DNA of 63,198 nucleotides from a virus (taxonomy: Duplodnaviria; Caudoviricetes), in IMG/VR virus record IMGVR_UViG_3300028146_000011, positions 1 to 63,198 of that record; one strand, 5' to 3'. Below are positions 38,663-48,403 of the stretch, piece after piece (the stretch's first letter is position 1; every line of letters begins with the position of its first letter). The position numbers and the translations under genes were made by a program. The notes under the pieces were generated by a model. That model was not told the DNA's origin and did not search any database. It saw only the letters and a list, made by a program, of their open reading frames with translations.

Positions 38663-39094
38663 TTACACCAGATTCTCACCGCCAGTGAACGGGCCAGAAG
38701 CAAATGCAGCCGCCATATCAGTAGCCAGAGACTTGACCACTTCTGGACTCATCTTCGGACGCTCCGGCTCTCTCGACACGCTAGGCTCATTGCCAGAGTT
38801 GAAGTTGGACGCCTCATGAACAGACCCAGACTGTCTCTCCCAGGCCGTCATGGACTGTATCTCATGACGTTCAAAGCCTTGGTCCGCATAGACTTGAGGC
38901 ATGGGCATGTCGGCTCTCGCGGGAGTGCGGTGCTCACCAGTGAGAGAGTTATAGTAGACGACGGCTCTATCCGCTTGCCGCACTTGAGCAAACCGCTCAA
39001 TACGTGGGTGTCCACACTTAACGCACCTCATGTCGTACCGTGTGTTCTTCTCACGGCACGATCCACACCACCACGATTGGAGAGTAGTCCGCAT
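38663..39094 (-). CDS. RanBP2-type Zn-finger protein
   Basis: WxCxxC...N......CxxCG. Confidence 0.55.
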   Translation of the reverse strand: MRTTLQSWWCGSCREKNTRYDMRCVKCGHPRIERFAQVRQADRAVVYYNSLTGEHRTPARADMPMPQVYADQGFERHEIQSMTAWERQSGSVHEASNFNSGNEPSVSREPERPKMSPEVVKSLATDMAAAFASGPFTGGENLV

Positions 39095-39336
39095 TAGTAT
39101 ACGTGACCAATGACAGCCCGCTTGATGATGTTCTCCCACACGTAGCGGTCCAACGACATGGAGTAAGAACGCCGCTTAATGCGCTCTGCTGTTACCTTGT
39201 CAATCTGGAACTGTACGTCAAGAGTGCCATCAGGACACTCATGCACAATGCAGGGGACACCTGACTGAGCAGGCTGGGAGGTAGGCTGTAGGTCTTCAAC
39301 TACAGCGGTATCTGAGTCCTTACGCTTAATGCCCAT
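39094..39336 (-). CDS. Ribbon-helix-helix-like small protein
   Basis: VQFQID.....RIKRRS..MSLDRYV pattern; has its own promoter. Confidence 0.4.
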   Translation of the reverse strand: MGIKRKDSDTAVVEDLQPTSQPAQSGVPCIVHECPDGTLDVQFQIDKVTAERIKRRSYSMSLDRYVWENIIKRAVIGHVY

Positions 39337-39344
39337 ACACACAT

Positions 39345-39373
39345 AGCGTAGGTCAGAGATGCAGAGTTGTCAA
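39345..39373 (-). promoter_or_regulatory. Promoter TTGACA-17-TACGCT
   Basis: ATG 8 nt after the -10, no SD. Confidence 0.65.
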
Positions 39374-39392
39374 TTAGCTGTGTACCGGGCTA

Positions 39393-39740
39393 CTAGTCTC
39401 CGTCGATTAGACCTTCTGGTAGCTTAGGCAATGGAACTGACTTACCAGCAAAAGCATGTGTGCAGTCCGCTTGGAAGTTGAGCACACCAGATGTTAGAAC
39501 ATAGTGGCAAACTACTGGAACTGTAGAGCCGGATGCGTCACGTACCCACTCTCCTGTCCACTTGCCTTTTACGAATACTCTCTTTAAGCACTCATGCTTA
39601 AAGCTAGGGGTGAATGTAGGGCTTTCAAGATTACCGTCAAAATTCCAGCCGTCAGGCAGTGAGTGTGTTTCTTCACAGGCAGGACACCAGTGCGTATAAC
39701 CCCCAACCACTCGACGCAATACACTACTTACTTGCCCCAT
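39393..39740 (-). CDS. DUF6527-like Cys/His protein
   Basis: HWCPAC...H, WNFDGNLESPTFTPS, CHY...G...F..DCTH. Confidence 0.65.
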   Translation of the reverse strand: MGQVSSVLRRVVGGYTHWCPACEETHSLPDGWNFDGNLESPTFTPSFKHECLKRVFVKGKWTGEWVRDASGSTVPVVCHYVLTSGVLNFQADCTHAFAGKSVPLPKLPEGLIDGD

Positions 39741-39759
39741 AACCTAGCTCTCTTATCTA

Positions 39760-39894
39760 CTACTTGACTACGAGTCCAATGCAGATGAGCAGTACTGGAA
39801 TCCACAGCGGCACTTTACCCCAGATGCCGTGAGCTAATGTCAACCCGCCAGCAATCAAGTAGAGAATTAGCGGTACGCTACTGAGAATAGACAT
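39760..39894 (-). CDS. 44-aa two-TM microprotein (holin-like candidate, not in the ORF track)
   Basis: MSILSSVPLILYLIAGGLTLAHGIWGKVPLWIPVLLICIGLVVK. Confidence 0.45.
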   Translation of the reverse strand: MSILSSVPLILYLIAGGLTLAHGIWGKVPLWIPVLLICIGLVVK

Positions 39895-39907
39895 GATTCA
39901 ATCCCTC

Positions 39908-40825
39908 CTAGTCCCATTCTTCCACCATTCGGGACTTCCAGTCTGAGAATGTTTCGTAGTCATCTAGGCCGGGAGCATACCGTTGGTAGTCTTGACTTGG
40001 CTCTGTGGTCACTTTCTCCTCAGTCCTATCCACATTATATGTCCACTTGTGCGCAGCCCAAGTAGCCATACAGAACGCTTGCATCCGGTCGTCATGCATA
40101 CCGTAGCTAGCACGTGCCCTCATCTTATCCATGTCTATCTCGGCATCGGCTAGCTCACCTAAAAGGAAGCGGCTTCTAATAACAGATTGGCGCTGCATTA
40201 GGTGCCGTCTAGAGCGATACCAGAGAATCCGTTGACTCTCTCGCGTAGATCGCCAGCCCATTCTATTGGTAGTTTCGGCAACAGAATCGATGTACTCCCA
40301 CATCCAGAGGTTACCGTAGCCTATCCTCAATAACTCCTGAGTAGCCAGCAGTCCGCATCCAGGCCATGACTCCCATATCAGTTCGCACTGATCGTCATCC
40401 TCACCAGCGTAAATACGGCCTAAGACATTAGCAATTCTGGCAATCTCCACGGCATCAACAGGACCGGCGAACTCGCACACCTGCACATCCTTATATATAC
40501 GCCGCTGTTTGCCGTTAGACAAGTCGATATCAGGGATGCGCTTACCGTTCTCCTCTTTATAGGCGTACTCCCAGGTGCCATCTACCTTAATGATCTCGAT
40601 AGCTCCATTGTCTGTCTTATGGTCGCCGTCTACCTTAGTGGCACGACTCCAGCCTGTGATGCCCTCAGACGAGTCTAATCCTAATACGTACTTGGCAGTC
40701 TTCTCTGGTGGCTCCCACATGAGCACTAGCCCACGAGGGTCGCGCTCAATGTCTTCCCACGACTCTTGTGTATACTCCTCGATGCTACTACCGGAGACGT
40801 GGAGAACTTTGGGGAAGTCGGGCAT
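39908..40825 (-). CDS. terL: Terminase large subunit, nuclease (RNase H-like) domain
   Basis: WEPP....YVLGLDSSEG, WES, GWRST, HDDRMQA. Confidence 0.8.
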   Translation of the reverse strand: MPDFPKVLHVSGSSIEEYTQESWEDIERDPRGLVLMWEPPEKTAKYVLGLDSSEGITGWSRATKVDGDHKTDNGAIEIIKVDGTWEYAYKEENGKRIPDIDLSNGKQRRIYKDVQVCEFAGPVDAVEIARIANVLGRIYAGEDDDQCELIWESWPGCGLLATQELLRIGYGNLWMWEYIDSVAETTNRMGWRSTRESQRILWYRSRRHLMQRQSVIRSRFLLGELADAEIDMDKMRARASYGMHDDRMQAFCMATWAAHKWTYNVDRTEEKVTTEPSQDYQRYAPGLDDYETFSDWKSRMVEEWD

Positions 40826-40836
40826 AACTGTAATGA

Positions 40837-42093
40837 TTACACTCTTGCTACTTGGATCTCATACGGTCGCGGCTGTCGTACATCAAGCTCCATCTGCTCA
40901 ATAAGTTCTACCGGCAACGCACCCTGCGCCCAATTAGTAAAGCTCTGCTCTGGAGTAGCCGGGTAGTTAGCTAAGAAGGACGCAAGTTCACCAGACATTG
41001 CGTGCAGTGCTCTCGTTTTCTCCCACCAGAATAATTGGTCTACCGTCGGCCTATACGTCTTGCCATCGCAGAACTCAGGCGATGTTCGCTCAATCAAGTC
41101 GGCGTGCTTGATCGTGTGCTCCTCCGGTTGCCAGTCATTAGGTGGGTTACCTCGATACTTGAGCGTGTTCATGTACCAAGGAACAAATATGTAAATGTAG
41201 TCCTCGAATCCAACACGACGATGACGGCAACCTTCAGATACTTCCTGCCAATAGCCACCCTTACCAGCACTCGTGCCCTCCTGAATATGGAGAGTGGATA
41301 TAGCTTTCGGGATAGATGGGACAAACGAATATCGTATGCGGTGGGGATAGTTCCAGAGCGGTACTTCTGTGAGGTGACTAACATCCTGCTGACTGCCCGT
41401 ACCAATGCCCTGTTGTTGATTCTCTGCCTGATAGGACAGTCGGGAATCCAGCGGTGACTCAAAGCCTATCTCCTCATCCTTCACATTAGGGTACACAGAC
41501 GGCTTCAGCCAAAAGGGTAAGTTGTTGATAGATATAGTGTCACGCTTATACAACTCACCAGTACCAAGTGGGCCATCCTTCAGTGTTGCAGCAAAGCAGC
41601 GTGTCCCAGGCCAAAATAGCATCCTATGTATAGACGCTGCACGGCTGGTAGCAGTGAACGCCACCTGCCTGCACTTGTGTGCATATACAAGGATACCCGC
41701 AGTGTGTCCATACTTCTTTAGTTCCTGATGACACACTTCCTCCCGCTTACCTACCATCTGTATAAAACGTAGCTGGGATTCAAGCAGCTTGGCAGGGCCA
41801 ATGCCGCCTTCTGTGCCCACACCAGGGTCACGCTCTATAGAGTGGTAGCGAGTAAGGTAGTAGGTGAAGTCAGCACGACAGAGGATGCGCTCAGATGTGA
41901 TGAACTCTTGCTCTCTGTCGTCTAAATCGCGTAGAAGCTGGCCGGATGGGAGAGGATTACCTTTTAGGTCGAATGTGAGCTTTTGGAGACGAGAGGCTAT
42001 CTCAATACTACGGTCACGAGGGAGACGATTGAAGATCAAGCCATCTCTTCTAGCCTTGAACAGACGACGCTCAGTGATCTCAGAGGAGTACAC
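40837..42093 (-). CDS. terL: Terminase large subunit, ATPase domain
   Basis: KCRQVAFT Walker A variant, SHLTE Walker B, EGTSAG motif III, FVPWY, YPATPEQSF. Confidence 0.8.
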   Translation of the reverse strand: MYSSEITERRLFKARRDGLIFNRLPRDRSIEIASRLQKLTFDLKGNPLPSGQLLRDLDDREQEFITSERILCRADFTYYLTRYHSIERDPGVGTEGGIGPAKLLESQLRFIQMVGKREEVCHQELKKYGHTAGILVYAHKCRQVAFTATSRAASIHRMLFWPGTRCFAATLKDGPLGTGELYKRDTISINNLPFWLKPSVYPNVKDEEIGFESPLDSRLSYQAENQQQGIGTGSQQDVSHLTEVPLWNYPHRIRYSFVPSIPKAISTLHIQEGTSAGKGGYWQEVSEGCRHRRVGFEDYIYIFVPWYMNTLKYRGNPPNDWQPEEHTIKHADLIERTSPEFCDGKTYRPTVDQLFWWEKTRALHAMSGELASFLANYPATPEQSFTNWAQGALPVELIEQMELDVRQPRPYEIQVARV

Positions 42094-42094
42094 A

Positions 42095-42382
42095 CTAGTT
42101 GCTCACGAGACGGACAGGACGTACTAGCTTCTCAGCACCCTCAATGATGAAGTCCACGTCATCGCGGCCTAGAAGCTGACGGCACTTGCCCTTGATATAC
42201 TCAACGCCGTCGTCTTGGTCAAGGAAGCACCTCACTTCAGATTTAGCCGGGTCTTCACCAAACTGGGTCTGGCCACTGACGCACGAGCCTACAATCATAC
42301 CGCTGTCGGCGCGGGCGAAGAACACGGCGTCATTCCCGTTCACCTTCGTCTGCCTCATCCTGATCTTCGGTAGTGGTCCCAT
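42095..42382 (-). CDS. Hypothetical protein
   Basis: GGAGG RBS. Confidence 0.55.
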   Translation of the reverse strand: MGPLPKIRMRQTKVNGNDAVFFARADSGMIVGSCVSGQTQFGEDPAKSEVRCFLDQDDGVEYIKGKCRQLLGRDDVDFIIEGAEKLVRPVRLVSN

Positions 42383-42599
42383 CTAAGCCTCCATGAAATA
42401 ACTTAGACAGCGCACTCTTGGGCTTCTCTGGCTCCTCATCGTAGAACACTTCAGTGTCAGTCTTCTTTGGCTTCTCCGTGACTCGTATGATAGGCTTCTC
42501 ACGCTCACGTAGCTCAAGCTCATACAACTCCCTAAGTGCTGTCAACTCGCGGGCGATGACAGCAAAGGGGTTGACGAGAGCTAAGAGCTTATTCCACAT
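42330..42599 (-). CDS. Hypothetical acidic protein
   Basis: Overlaps both neighbours in the operon. Confidence 0.45.
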   Translation of the reverse strand: MWNKLLALVNPFAVIARELTALRELYELELREREKPIIRVTEKPKKTDTEVFYDEEPEKPKSALSKLFHGGLDGTTTEDQDEADEGERE

Positions 42600-43278
42600 C
42601 AGACGAGTCTACGTCAATCGTCATCGGCATTTTGTCATTCATGTCGTCCACAGCACTAGCATGTGACGCACCGCCAAAGTTCTGGATGATGCTGACTCCG
42701 GCCTTATCCTTCTTAATAGTGCCCGCCATCTCTAATATGCGGTCGCGGGCGTGAGCATCACCGGGCTTGCGCATCGTCTTGCTACCTTTGCACGACGGGC
42801 AGGTGCGCACCCACTGGTTATCCCCTATCGCTTTGTACCCAGGCGTGTCAGACGGCAGGCCAGGAGACGCAGCGACAAAGCCCAAGTCATCACACCGGCT
42901 ACACGGGACATCCTTAGACTTGGCGTCCTCTACCATGTCACGTGTAATCATTACACTGCCCATTTGCGCCTCAGCTATGGCACGCTGTGTAGCCTCACGC
43001 TTCCACCACATAGTAAACTCTTGCAAGTCTATGCAGCACGCCTTCGCTATCGTCGCCAAATTGACACGGTTATAGGTGCGAGACTGGATGCGCTCTAAGA
43101 ACTCTTTGAAACGGATGTCCTTTGAGCAGGCAAGAGCAAGTTGAACCTCCATGTTTTCACGGGGATTCAGAGTATCAAGATAAGCGTTGTACACCTTATC
43201 TTTAGCTCCAAATGCCCGTGCAGGCACGTCACCTCGCAGGCCATCCTTCTCCTGCATGACTCTGATTTTCTTGCTCAT
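42589..43278 (-). CDS. Candidate terminase small subunit with CxxC Zn-finger insertion
   Basis: HTH-like LATIAKACCID, CSRC...CPSC, IIQNF tail; upstream of terL. Confidence 0.45.
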   Translation of the reverse strand: MSKKIRVMQEKDGLRGDVPARAFGAKDKVYNAYLDTLNPRENMEVQLALACSKDIRFKEFLERIQSRTYNRVNLATIAKACCIDLQEFTMWWKREATQRAIAEAQMGSVMITRDMVEDAKSKDVPCSRCDDLGFVAASPGLPSDTPGYKAIGDNQWVRTCPSCKGSKTMRKPGDAHARDRILEMAGTIKKDKAGVSIIQNFGGASHASAVDDMNDKMPMTIDVDSSDVE

Positions 43279-43532
43279 GGGTTACGCTTATCCATCATCC
43301 GCCTAACTAGTTCTTTTGGAGAAAGCTCTATTGCCCCAGCCTCCACTGCCTTAGACCGTTTGGAGAGGCAGATATCAAAATGCTCCCAATAGGTACCGGG
43401 TTTTTGAATCCATCTGCGCTGGACGCCAATTTTATCAACCATCGCCAGCAGTTCATCGTGACTGTCTGCGATCATGTGACACATAATCATTCGGCCAAAT
43501 GCGGCCCCATAATTATCCACATAAACCGACAT
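43275..43532 (-). CDS. DUF4031 family protein
   Basis: VYVD...MCHMIADS.DEL..M...IG...WIQ......HFDI..SKR..AV..GA. Confidence 0.85.
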   Translation of the reverse strand: MSVYVDNYGAAFGRMIMCHMIADSHDELLAMVDKIGVQRRWIQKPGTYWEHFDICLSKRSKAVEAGAIELSPKELVRRMMDKRNP

Positions 43533-43538
43533 AAACAG

Positions 43539-43865
43539 CTACTTAGGAGGAACCTGAGCAGATTTCTTGGTGACTAGCCCACTAGCTACATCTATAGCGC
43601 AATTACCAGTTGGACTGTAGACCAAACCGGCCTTAGAGCAGTACTTCTTGACGATCTCGTCATGCTCCATAACAATTGGGCCAGCTTCCGACTGGTAGCG
43701 CAACTGGAGAGCCTGCAACTGAGCTTCTGTGCGCTTCAGAATCTCGCGGTCAATCTGATCGACCACCACAGCAGATGGCTGACTGAACACTTTGCGCAAG
43801 CCAACACCACATAAGATGATGGCGATAGCGGCCAGTACTGGAACAAGAGTGATGCGTGTCTTCAT
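43539..43865 (-). CDS. Membrane-anchored/secreted coiled-coil protein (spanin-like candidate)
   Basis: N-terminal hydrophobic segment, heptads, Cys pair. Confidence 0.45.
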   Translation of the reverse strand: MKTRITLVPVLAAIAIILCGVGLRKVFSQPSAVVVDQIDREILKRTEAQLQALQLRYQSEAGPIVMEHDEIVKKYCSKAGLVYSPTGNCAIDVASGLVTKKSAQVPPK

Positions 43866-43872
43866 AGAAAAC

Positions 43873-43901
43873 ACTGTAACACACTGCTGTACTATTTACA
43901 A
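43873..43901 (-). promoter_or_regulatory. Promoter TTGTAA-17-TACAGT with extended -10, leaderless
   Basis: ATG 7 nt after the -10. Confidence 0.55.
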
Positions 43902-43951
43902 CTAAAAACAACTAAGTGGCTGTGCGTCAGAGTGTAGTGATTACAGTTGCT

Positions 43952-46900
43952 CTAGTTGCAGAAGACTCCAGTGATAAGCCCCTGATAAAGAGTCAGTGAG
44001 CTTACATGCTGACCACCTCCACACGCTTGACTACCCGTGAGCGTGGCTGTGCCGTTGCCCTGGATAGATCCTGTGAAGTTCACAAGAGTAGTAAATGCAG
44101 TGCCACCAGCACCAGCCATAACAAACCCACCTGATCCCGAGAATATGACTGACCCACCAGTAAGAGACAGCCCATTACTGAGGTTCAGGCCAGTGAACGT
44201 ACCATTTCTACTAGAGTCCACAATCACCGTGCCGCCCATCTTATAAGATCCAGAGCCGCCCGTGACATTAAACTGACTCGCAGCGGACACATTGCCATTA
44301 CCATCCACTTGAAAATTGAAGTTAGTCGTTTGGAACCCAATAGATGAGCCGGTCACAGTTGACTGGATAGGACCGGCTGTCACAGAGCCGAATGTCACAT
44401 TAGATGCCAATCCAATAGGTTGCGGTGTGGATAGAGTGATGGTCGAACCACTTGGACTGACTATGATCTCCTGCCCAGTGCCAGCGATAGTGAGTGCCCC
44501 AGTCAAACCATTGAGGCTGCTAACAAGGCCAGCCGCAGTAGTCAGAGAGAGCCACGTAGAGCCGTTAAATACCTTCTCTACTGCTGCCCCAGTGTCCCAG
44601 TACATTGCCCCCGCGTTGAACGTATCACTAGTGCTAACAGTAGGAGTGCCGTTGTTATTACCTGTCTGTATATAGGTAGATGCAGTGAACGAGCGGGCCA
44701 GCATACCGCCAGATGGATTCTGCACAGAGTTGTACTGAGTACTCGCGTTCACGAGCACTCCCTTATCTGTCTGCAAGTACCCATTAGTGATGTTGATGCC
44801 AGCCGTGTTAGTGACAGCAGTGACGCTTAGCAACTGAGTCGAATTGTTCCAAGTGAAGTTACCAGAACCGCCAAATGCACCAGCATTGTTGAACTGAACA
44901 TTAGTGTTAGCTCCACCGGGAGTGCTACCAGAGCCAGCGACACAGGCAAATGCTGAACCATTGTGTACCTCAAGACAGGCATTAGTGGTGTCGTAGTACA
45001 GTGTGCCCGCGTGGAATGTATCTCCACTTGTGGCAGTTGGAGCAGACGTACCGAAGCCCACCTGCACATACTTAGTTGCTGTGAAGCTCTTACCAGCTAC
45101 GCCACCGCCAGGAGCCTGAATGCTGTTATATAAGGTAGCGGTGCCCACTGTCGCAAGGAATCCAGCGTCAGCTTGAACGAAGCCTGTAGCCACAGCTAGA
45201 CCGGCATTGGCAGAGCTAGATGGCGTAAGAGTGAGTAGCCGTGTGGAGGGGTTGTAGAAGAAGAAGCTGTCGCCCCCAAATGATCCACTAGAGTTGAACT
45301 GCACACTCGTATTAGATCCACCAGGACTGGTAGCACCACCAGTAGCCACTGTTACCCATGCAGACCCATTGAACACCTTGAGAGCCGTTGCACCTGTGTC
45401 GTAGTACATAGCCCCAGCATTAAACGTGTCGCCAGTTGTGACAGGGGGTATGCCAGATGAGTTACCAAGCTGCACATAGTTAGTGCCTGTGAATGACAGT
45501 GCAGCCACACCACCATGAGGAGACTGAATAGAGTTGTACTGCAAAGCGGTGGTAGGCGAAGCGTTGTTCTGCGCAAGAAAGCCTGTGTCGGACCTTATAT
45601 AACCATTCAGCACCACGATACCTGGATTCGCACCTAATCCACCCGTGGTCGTCACCTTAATGAACTTGCCGGTATTATCCCATGCGAAGTTGTCAGACCC
45701 GCCGCAAGTACCACCTCCAGCGTTGAACTGCACATCAAATGTAGACCCACCGGGAGTGCAGCCGCCACCTCCACCAGAGCCGATATTGACCCACGCCGAA
45801 CCATTGAATACACGCTCCACACCAAGAGCGGTGTCCCAATAGAGAGCACCGGCATTAAAGCTGTCGCCAGCCGTAAGTGCCGGGATACCAGAGGAGTTAC
45901 CACTCTGTATGTAGTTGATTGAAGTGAACGACTTAGCGAACATGCCAGCATTCGGCGCTTGAAACGAGTTGAACTGACCAGCAGCACAGTTGCCGCCTAC
46001 GTTCGGACACACAGCGAAGCCGCCTGAAGCATTAATAAAGAGGTTAGTGTTCAGTCCAAACGTGATGTCAGCCGCCATCGTGTTGGTAGCGCTCACCCAG
46101 AGTAGAGCAGTGTGATTGCCGAATGCAGACAGGCCAGATAGCGGTAGAGGCTGATTAGCATAGCCCAGTGGCGCAATGTTGATATACCCACCAGTCGTGC
46201 CCGCAACAGTCGGAGCAATATGGGAGCCTCTGAACAACGCACCGTCGGTATTCGTGTTGAATCCCTGCCAACTGTTCGCGGCGCTGAAGATGCCGCCAGC
46301 AGTCTGGATAAAGCCCTGATTGATACGCAGGGCCGGAGTTGAGGTGATACCTGTTATAGATAAGGTCTGTGCTACCCTATCCCACACAAAGTTAGAATCA
46401 CCTGCAAGTGACCCATTGAGGTTGTACTGCACACCACCAGTCACTGGCCCGCCTGGACCGCACCCTATAAAGGATAAGATGCCAACACCATTTGACGCTA
46501 GACAACCGGCTGCGTCCGCTGGCGGCAACGTCCAAGCTGTAGACGCAGTGATAGCAGGAGCCTTGAAGCCTAAAGTAAAGCTGCTACTGCCAGCACCATA
46601 CACACCAATCTCGTTAGTGGCGAAGAAGTTAGTTGGTGCCCATGTGGAGAAGTCAAATAGTGTGATCGCACCAAGCGTAAATGGTGACGTGATGCCGCCG
46701 CCTGTAAACTGCACATCGTACGTGCCGTTATCAGCAAAGAAGCGCCAGTAGCCAGACGTAGTTGCAGTAAAGGGATTTGACAGCGGTGTACCGGCATTAT
46801 CAGAGAAGATGTTGACCCTAGTTGTCGTGCCCGTCTGGTACACAGAGACACTGCAACCAGGATATGACTGCTGGAACTGACGTGTAGTCGGTGTGCCACC

Positions 46901-47923
46901 TGACGAGGACGAAGCATACACAGACACTCCACCCTTCTCACACCAGCCCCATGCGGCCTGTCTACCTAACACAGCGGGCGGGCCAAATAAAAGAGACAGC
47001 GAAGCCAGCCCGAAGACTGACATTTTCAATGGGTTAGTCATAGAGTCTGTAATACCTCCAATAATAGAATTGCGTTGCTGAGTCACTGTCATATAGCCAG
47101 TCAGCCCACCTGAGAACATCTGATTAGCGGTAGGTCCAAAGAAGCCAGAAGGGTTCACAGAGACGTTGACCGGAGAGACGATGTTTGCCCCTGTGAACGG
47201 ATCTGTAATCATTACACGGAAATTGGTAGGAGTGCTTAAGTATGCAGAGAAATTGAAGTTAGCTCCACCATGGGAGTTGACACCAGTGACAGTAATAGGA
47301 GTGCTGACCACATTGAATACTAGTGAGCTACCACTTACTTTGTCGCGGCAGGAGCCAAGAGCACCCACGTTATAACAGTTCACATTCAGTCCATAGTAGA
47401 AGACAACCGTGTTCTGCTCTGTGGCGTTGCCGGGATTCTGTAAGAGTCGATAGAAGCCTACCTCTGGCCCAAACTCATAACAGTTGTCAGTTGAGAAGAA
47501 CATGGACTGAATGAATGTCTGTGTAGACGGCGACGAGTTAGCCCCTAACGAGCCGGTCATAGAGAGGTTAGTGGATAGACCAGACCAATTAGATGTTGGT
47601 GTGGTAGTCGCGTCGAATGTAGTAAAGAAGCCGTACACAGGGCCAGTAACAGGACCACTCCACGTAGCTGACGATGGGTCGTATACAAAGTGGTTGTACT
47701 TCAAATTGGCATAAGTCGAGCAGTTCACAGGAGTTAGCTGGCTACCAGTCGCCTGATTAGGAAATGTAAGAAGAAACTGAGTGCCAATAGGAGGAGTCGG
47801 AGGAGGTACCGGCGAGTAAGAGAAGAAAGTCAATGATGACGGAGGTATCGGGTGCGGCTGCGTGGTGACTGTCTGTGCGTATATAAAGGATACGCAGGTG
47901 AGCACCGCTGCTAATCTCTTCAT
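43952..47923 (-). CDS. Long tail-fibre-like protein (1323 aa) with signal peptide and four internal repeats
   Basis: MKRLAAVLTCVSFIYA|Q; attachment-like VYQTGTT...SD..GTPLSNPF domain; 4x PGG....VQ(F/Y)N and 4x YNS.Q.P.GG...SF...Y.Q.G....T..D.F.AG.LY.DT. Confidence 0.75.
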   Translation of the reverse strand: MKRLAAVLTCVSFIYAQTVTTQPHPIPPSSLTFFSYSPVPPPTPPIGTQFLLTFPNQATGSQLTPVNCSTYANLKYNHFVYDPSSATWSGPVTGPVYGFFTTFDATTTPTSNWSGLSTNLSMTGSLGANSSPSTQTFIQSMFFSTDNCYEFGPEVGFYRLLQNPGNATEQNTVVFYYGLNVNCYNVGALGSCRDKVSGSSLVFNVVSTPITVTGVNSHGGANFNFSAYLSTPTNFRVMITDPFTGANIVSPVNVSVNPSGFFGPTANQMFSGGLTGYMTVTQQRNSIIGGITDSMTNPLKMSVFGLASLSLLFGPPAVLGRQAAWGWCEKGGVSVYASSSSGGTPTTRQFQQSYPGCSVSVYQTGTTTRVNIFSDNAGTPLSNPFTATTSGYWRFFADNGTYDVQFTGGGITSPFTLGAITLFDFSTWAPTNFFATNEIGVYGAGSSSFTLGFKAPAITASTAWTLPPADAAGCLASNGVGILSFIGCGPGGPVTGGVQYNLNGSLAGDSNFVWDRVAQTLSITGITSTPALRINQGFIQTAGGIFSAANSWQGFNTNTDGALFRGSHIAPTVAGTTGGYINIAPLGYANQPLPLSGLSAFGNHTALLWVSATNTMAADITFGLNTNLFINASGGFAVCPNVGGNCAAGQFNSFQAPNAGMFAKSFTSINYIQSGNSSGIPALTAGDSFNAGALYWDTALGVERVFNGSAWVNIGSGGGGGCTPGGSTFDVQFNAGGGTCGGSDNFAWDNTGKFIKVTTTGGLGANPGIVVLNGYIRSDTGFLAQNNASPTTALQYNSIQSPHGGVAALSFTGTNYVQLGNSSGIPPVTTGDTFNAGAMYYDTGATALKVFNGSAWVTVATGGATSPGGSNTSVQFNSSGSFGGDSFFFYNPSTRLLTLTPSSSANAGLAVATGFVQADAGFLATVGTATLYNSIQAPGGGVAGKSFTATKYVQVGFGTSAPTATSGDTFHAGTLYYDTTNACLEVHNGSAFACVAGSGSTPGGANTNVQFNNAGAFGGSGNFTWNNSTQLLSVTAVTNTAGINITNGYLQTDKGVLVNASTQYNSVQNPSGGMLARSFTASTYIQTGNNNGTPTVSTSDTFNAGAMYWDTGAAVEKVFNGSTWLSLTTAAGLVSSLNGLTGALTIAGTGQEIIVSPSGSTITLSTPQPIGLASNVTFGSVTAGPIQSTVTGSSIGFQTTNFNFQVDGNGNVSAASQFNVTGGSGSYKMGGTVIVDSSRNGTFTGLNLSNGLSLTGGSVIFSGSGGFVMAGAGGTAFTTLVNFTGSIQGNGTATLTGSQACGGGQHVSSLTLYQGLITGVFCN

Positions 47924-47986
47924 GCCTTATAGCCTAGAACATAAGACTAGATTAGTCCATAGACACGAAACTCAGTCTATATGCCC

Positions 47987-48403
47987 CTATACAAAGATGA
48001 CTAAGTTAGGCTCTGCCCATAAACCGCGCAGTGTCTCAGCAGTAATAAGCACAGCGTTGATTCCGGCGTCCCTTGCCGCCTGCACATTTTCTATCCTATC
48101 GTCAAAGAAGCTATTAGCTTTTATCTGCACCAACACAGCAGCCTTCCACTTAGCTATCTCCTCACCACTGTGATCCCACGCAATATGCAGAGCAGTGTAA
48201 GGTACACCTAACTCAGCGGCAATAACCGGGTAGGGTTTGCCAGACAATCCTTCTATTTTTGCCTCTGGATCGCCAGTGCCGGAGATGATGTGCACCTCAT
48301 GTCCCTTCTCGTAAACACGATTTGCGTGAGCACGTAACTCTGGAAAAGTATCCAAGCATCCACACCAGTCGTAGGCAAACACTAATCTAGACTTATCTTC
48401 CAT
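47987..48403 (-). CDS. HAD-superfamily hydrolase-like protein
   Basis: FAYDWCGCLD (motif I variant), IISG, K, FFDDR..N. Confidence 0.65.
   Translation of the reverse strand: MEDKSRLVFAYDWCGCLDTFPELRAHANRVYEKGHEVHIISGTGDPEAKIEGLSGKPYPVIAAELGVPYTALHIAWDHSGEEIAKWKAAVLVQIKANSFFDDRIENVQAARDAGINAVLITAETLRGLWAEPNLVIFV

Noticed and set aside
40826-40841. Stop-codon reassignment or read-through joining the terL halves
   Set aside because: The two ORFs are in different frames, and TAA, TAG and TGA all end genes normally elsewhere in the genome
43952-46500. Diversity-generating retroelement repeats in the fibre gene
   Set aside because: The repeats are diverged protein-level repeats, not adenine-specific variants, and no reverse transcriptase is present
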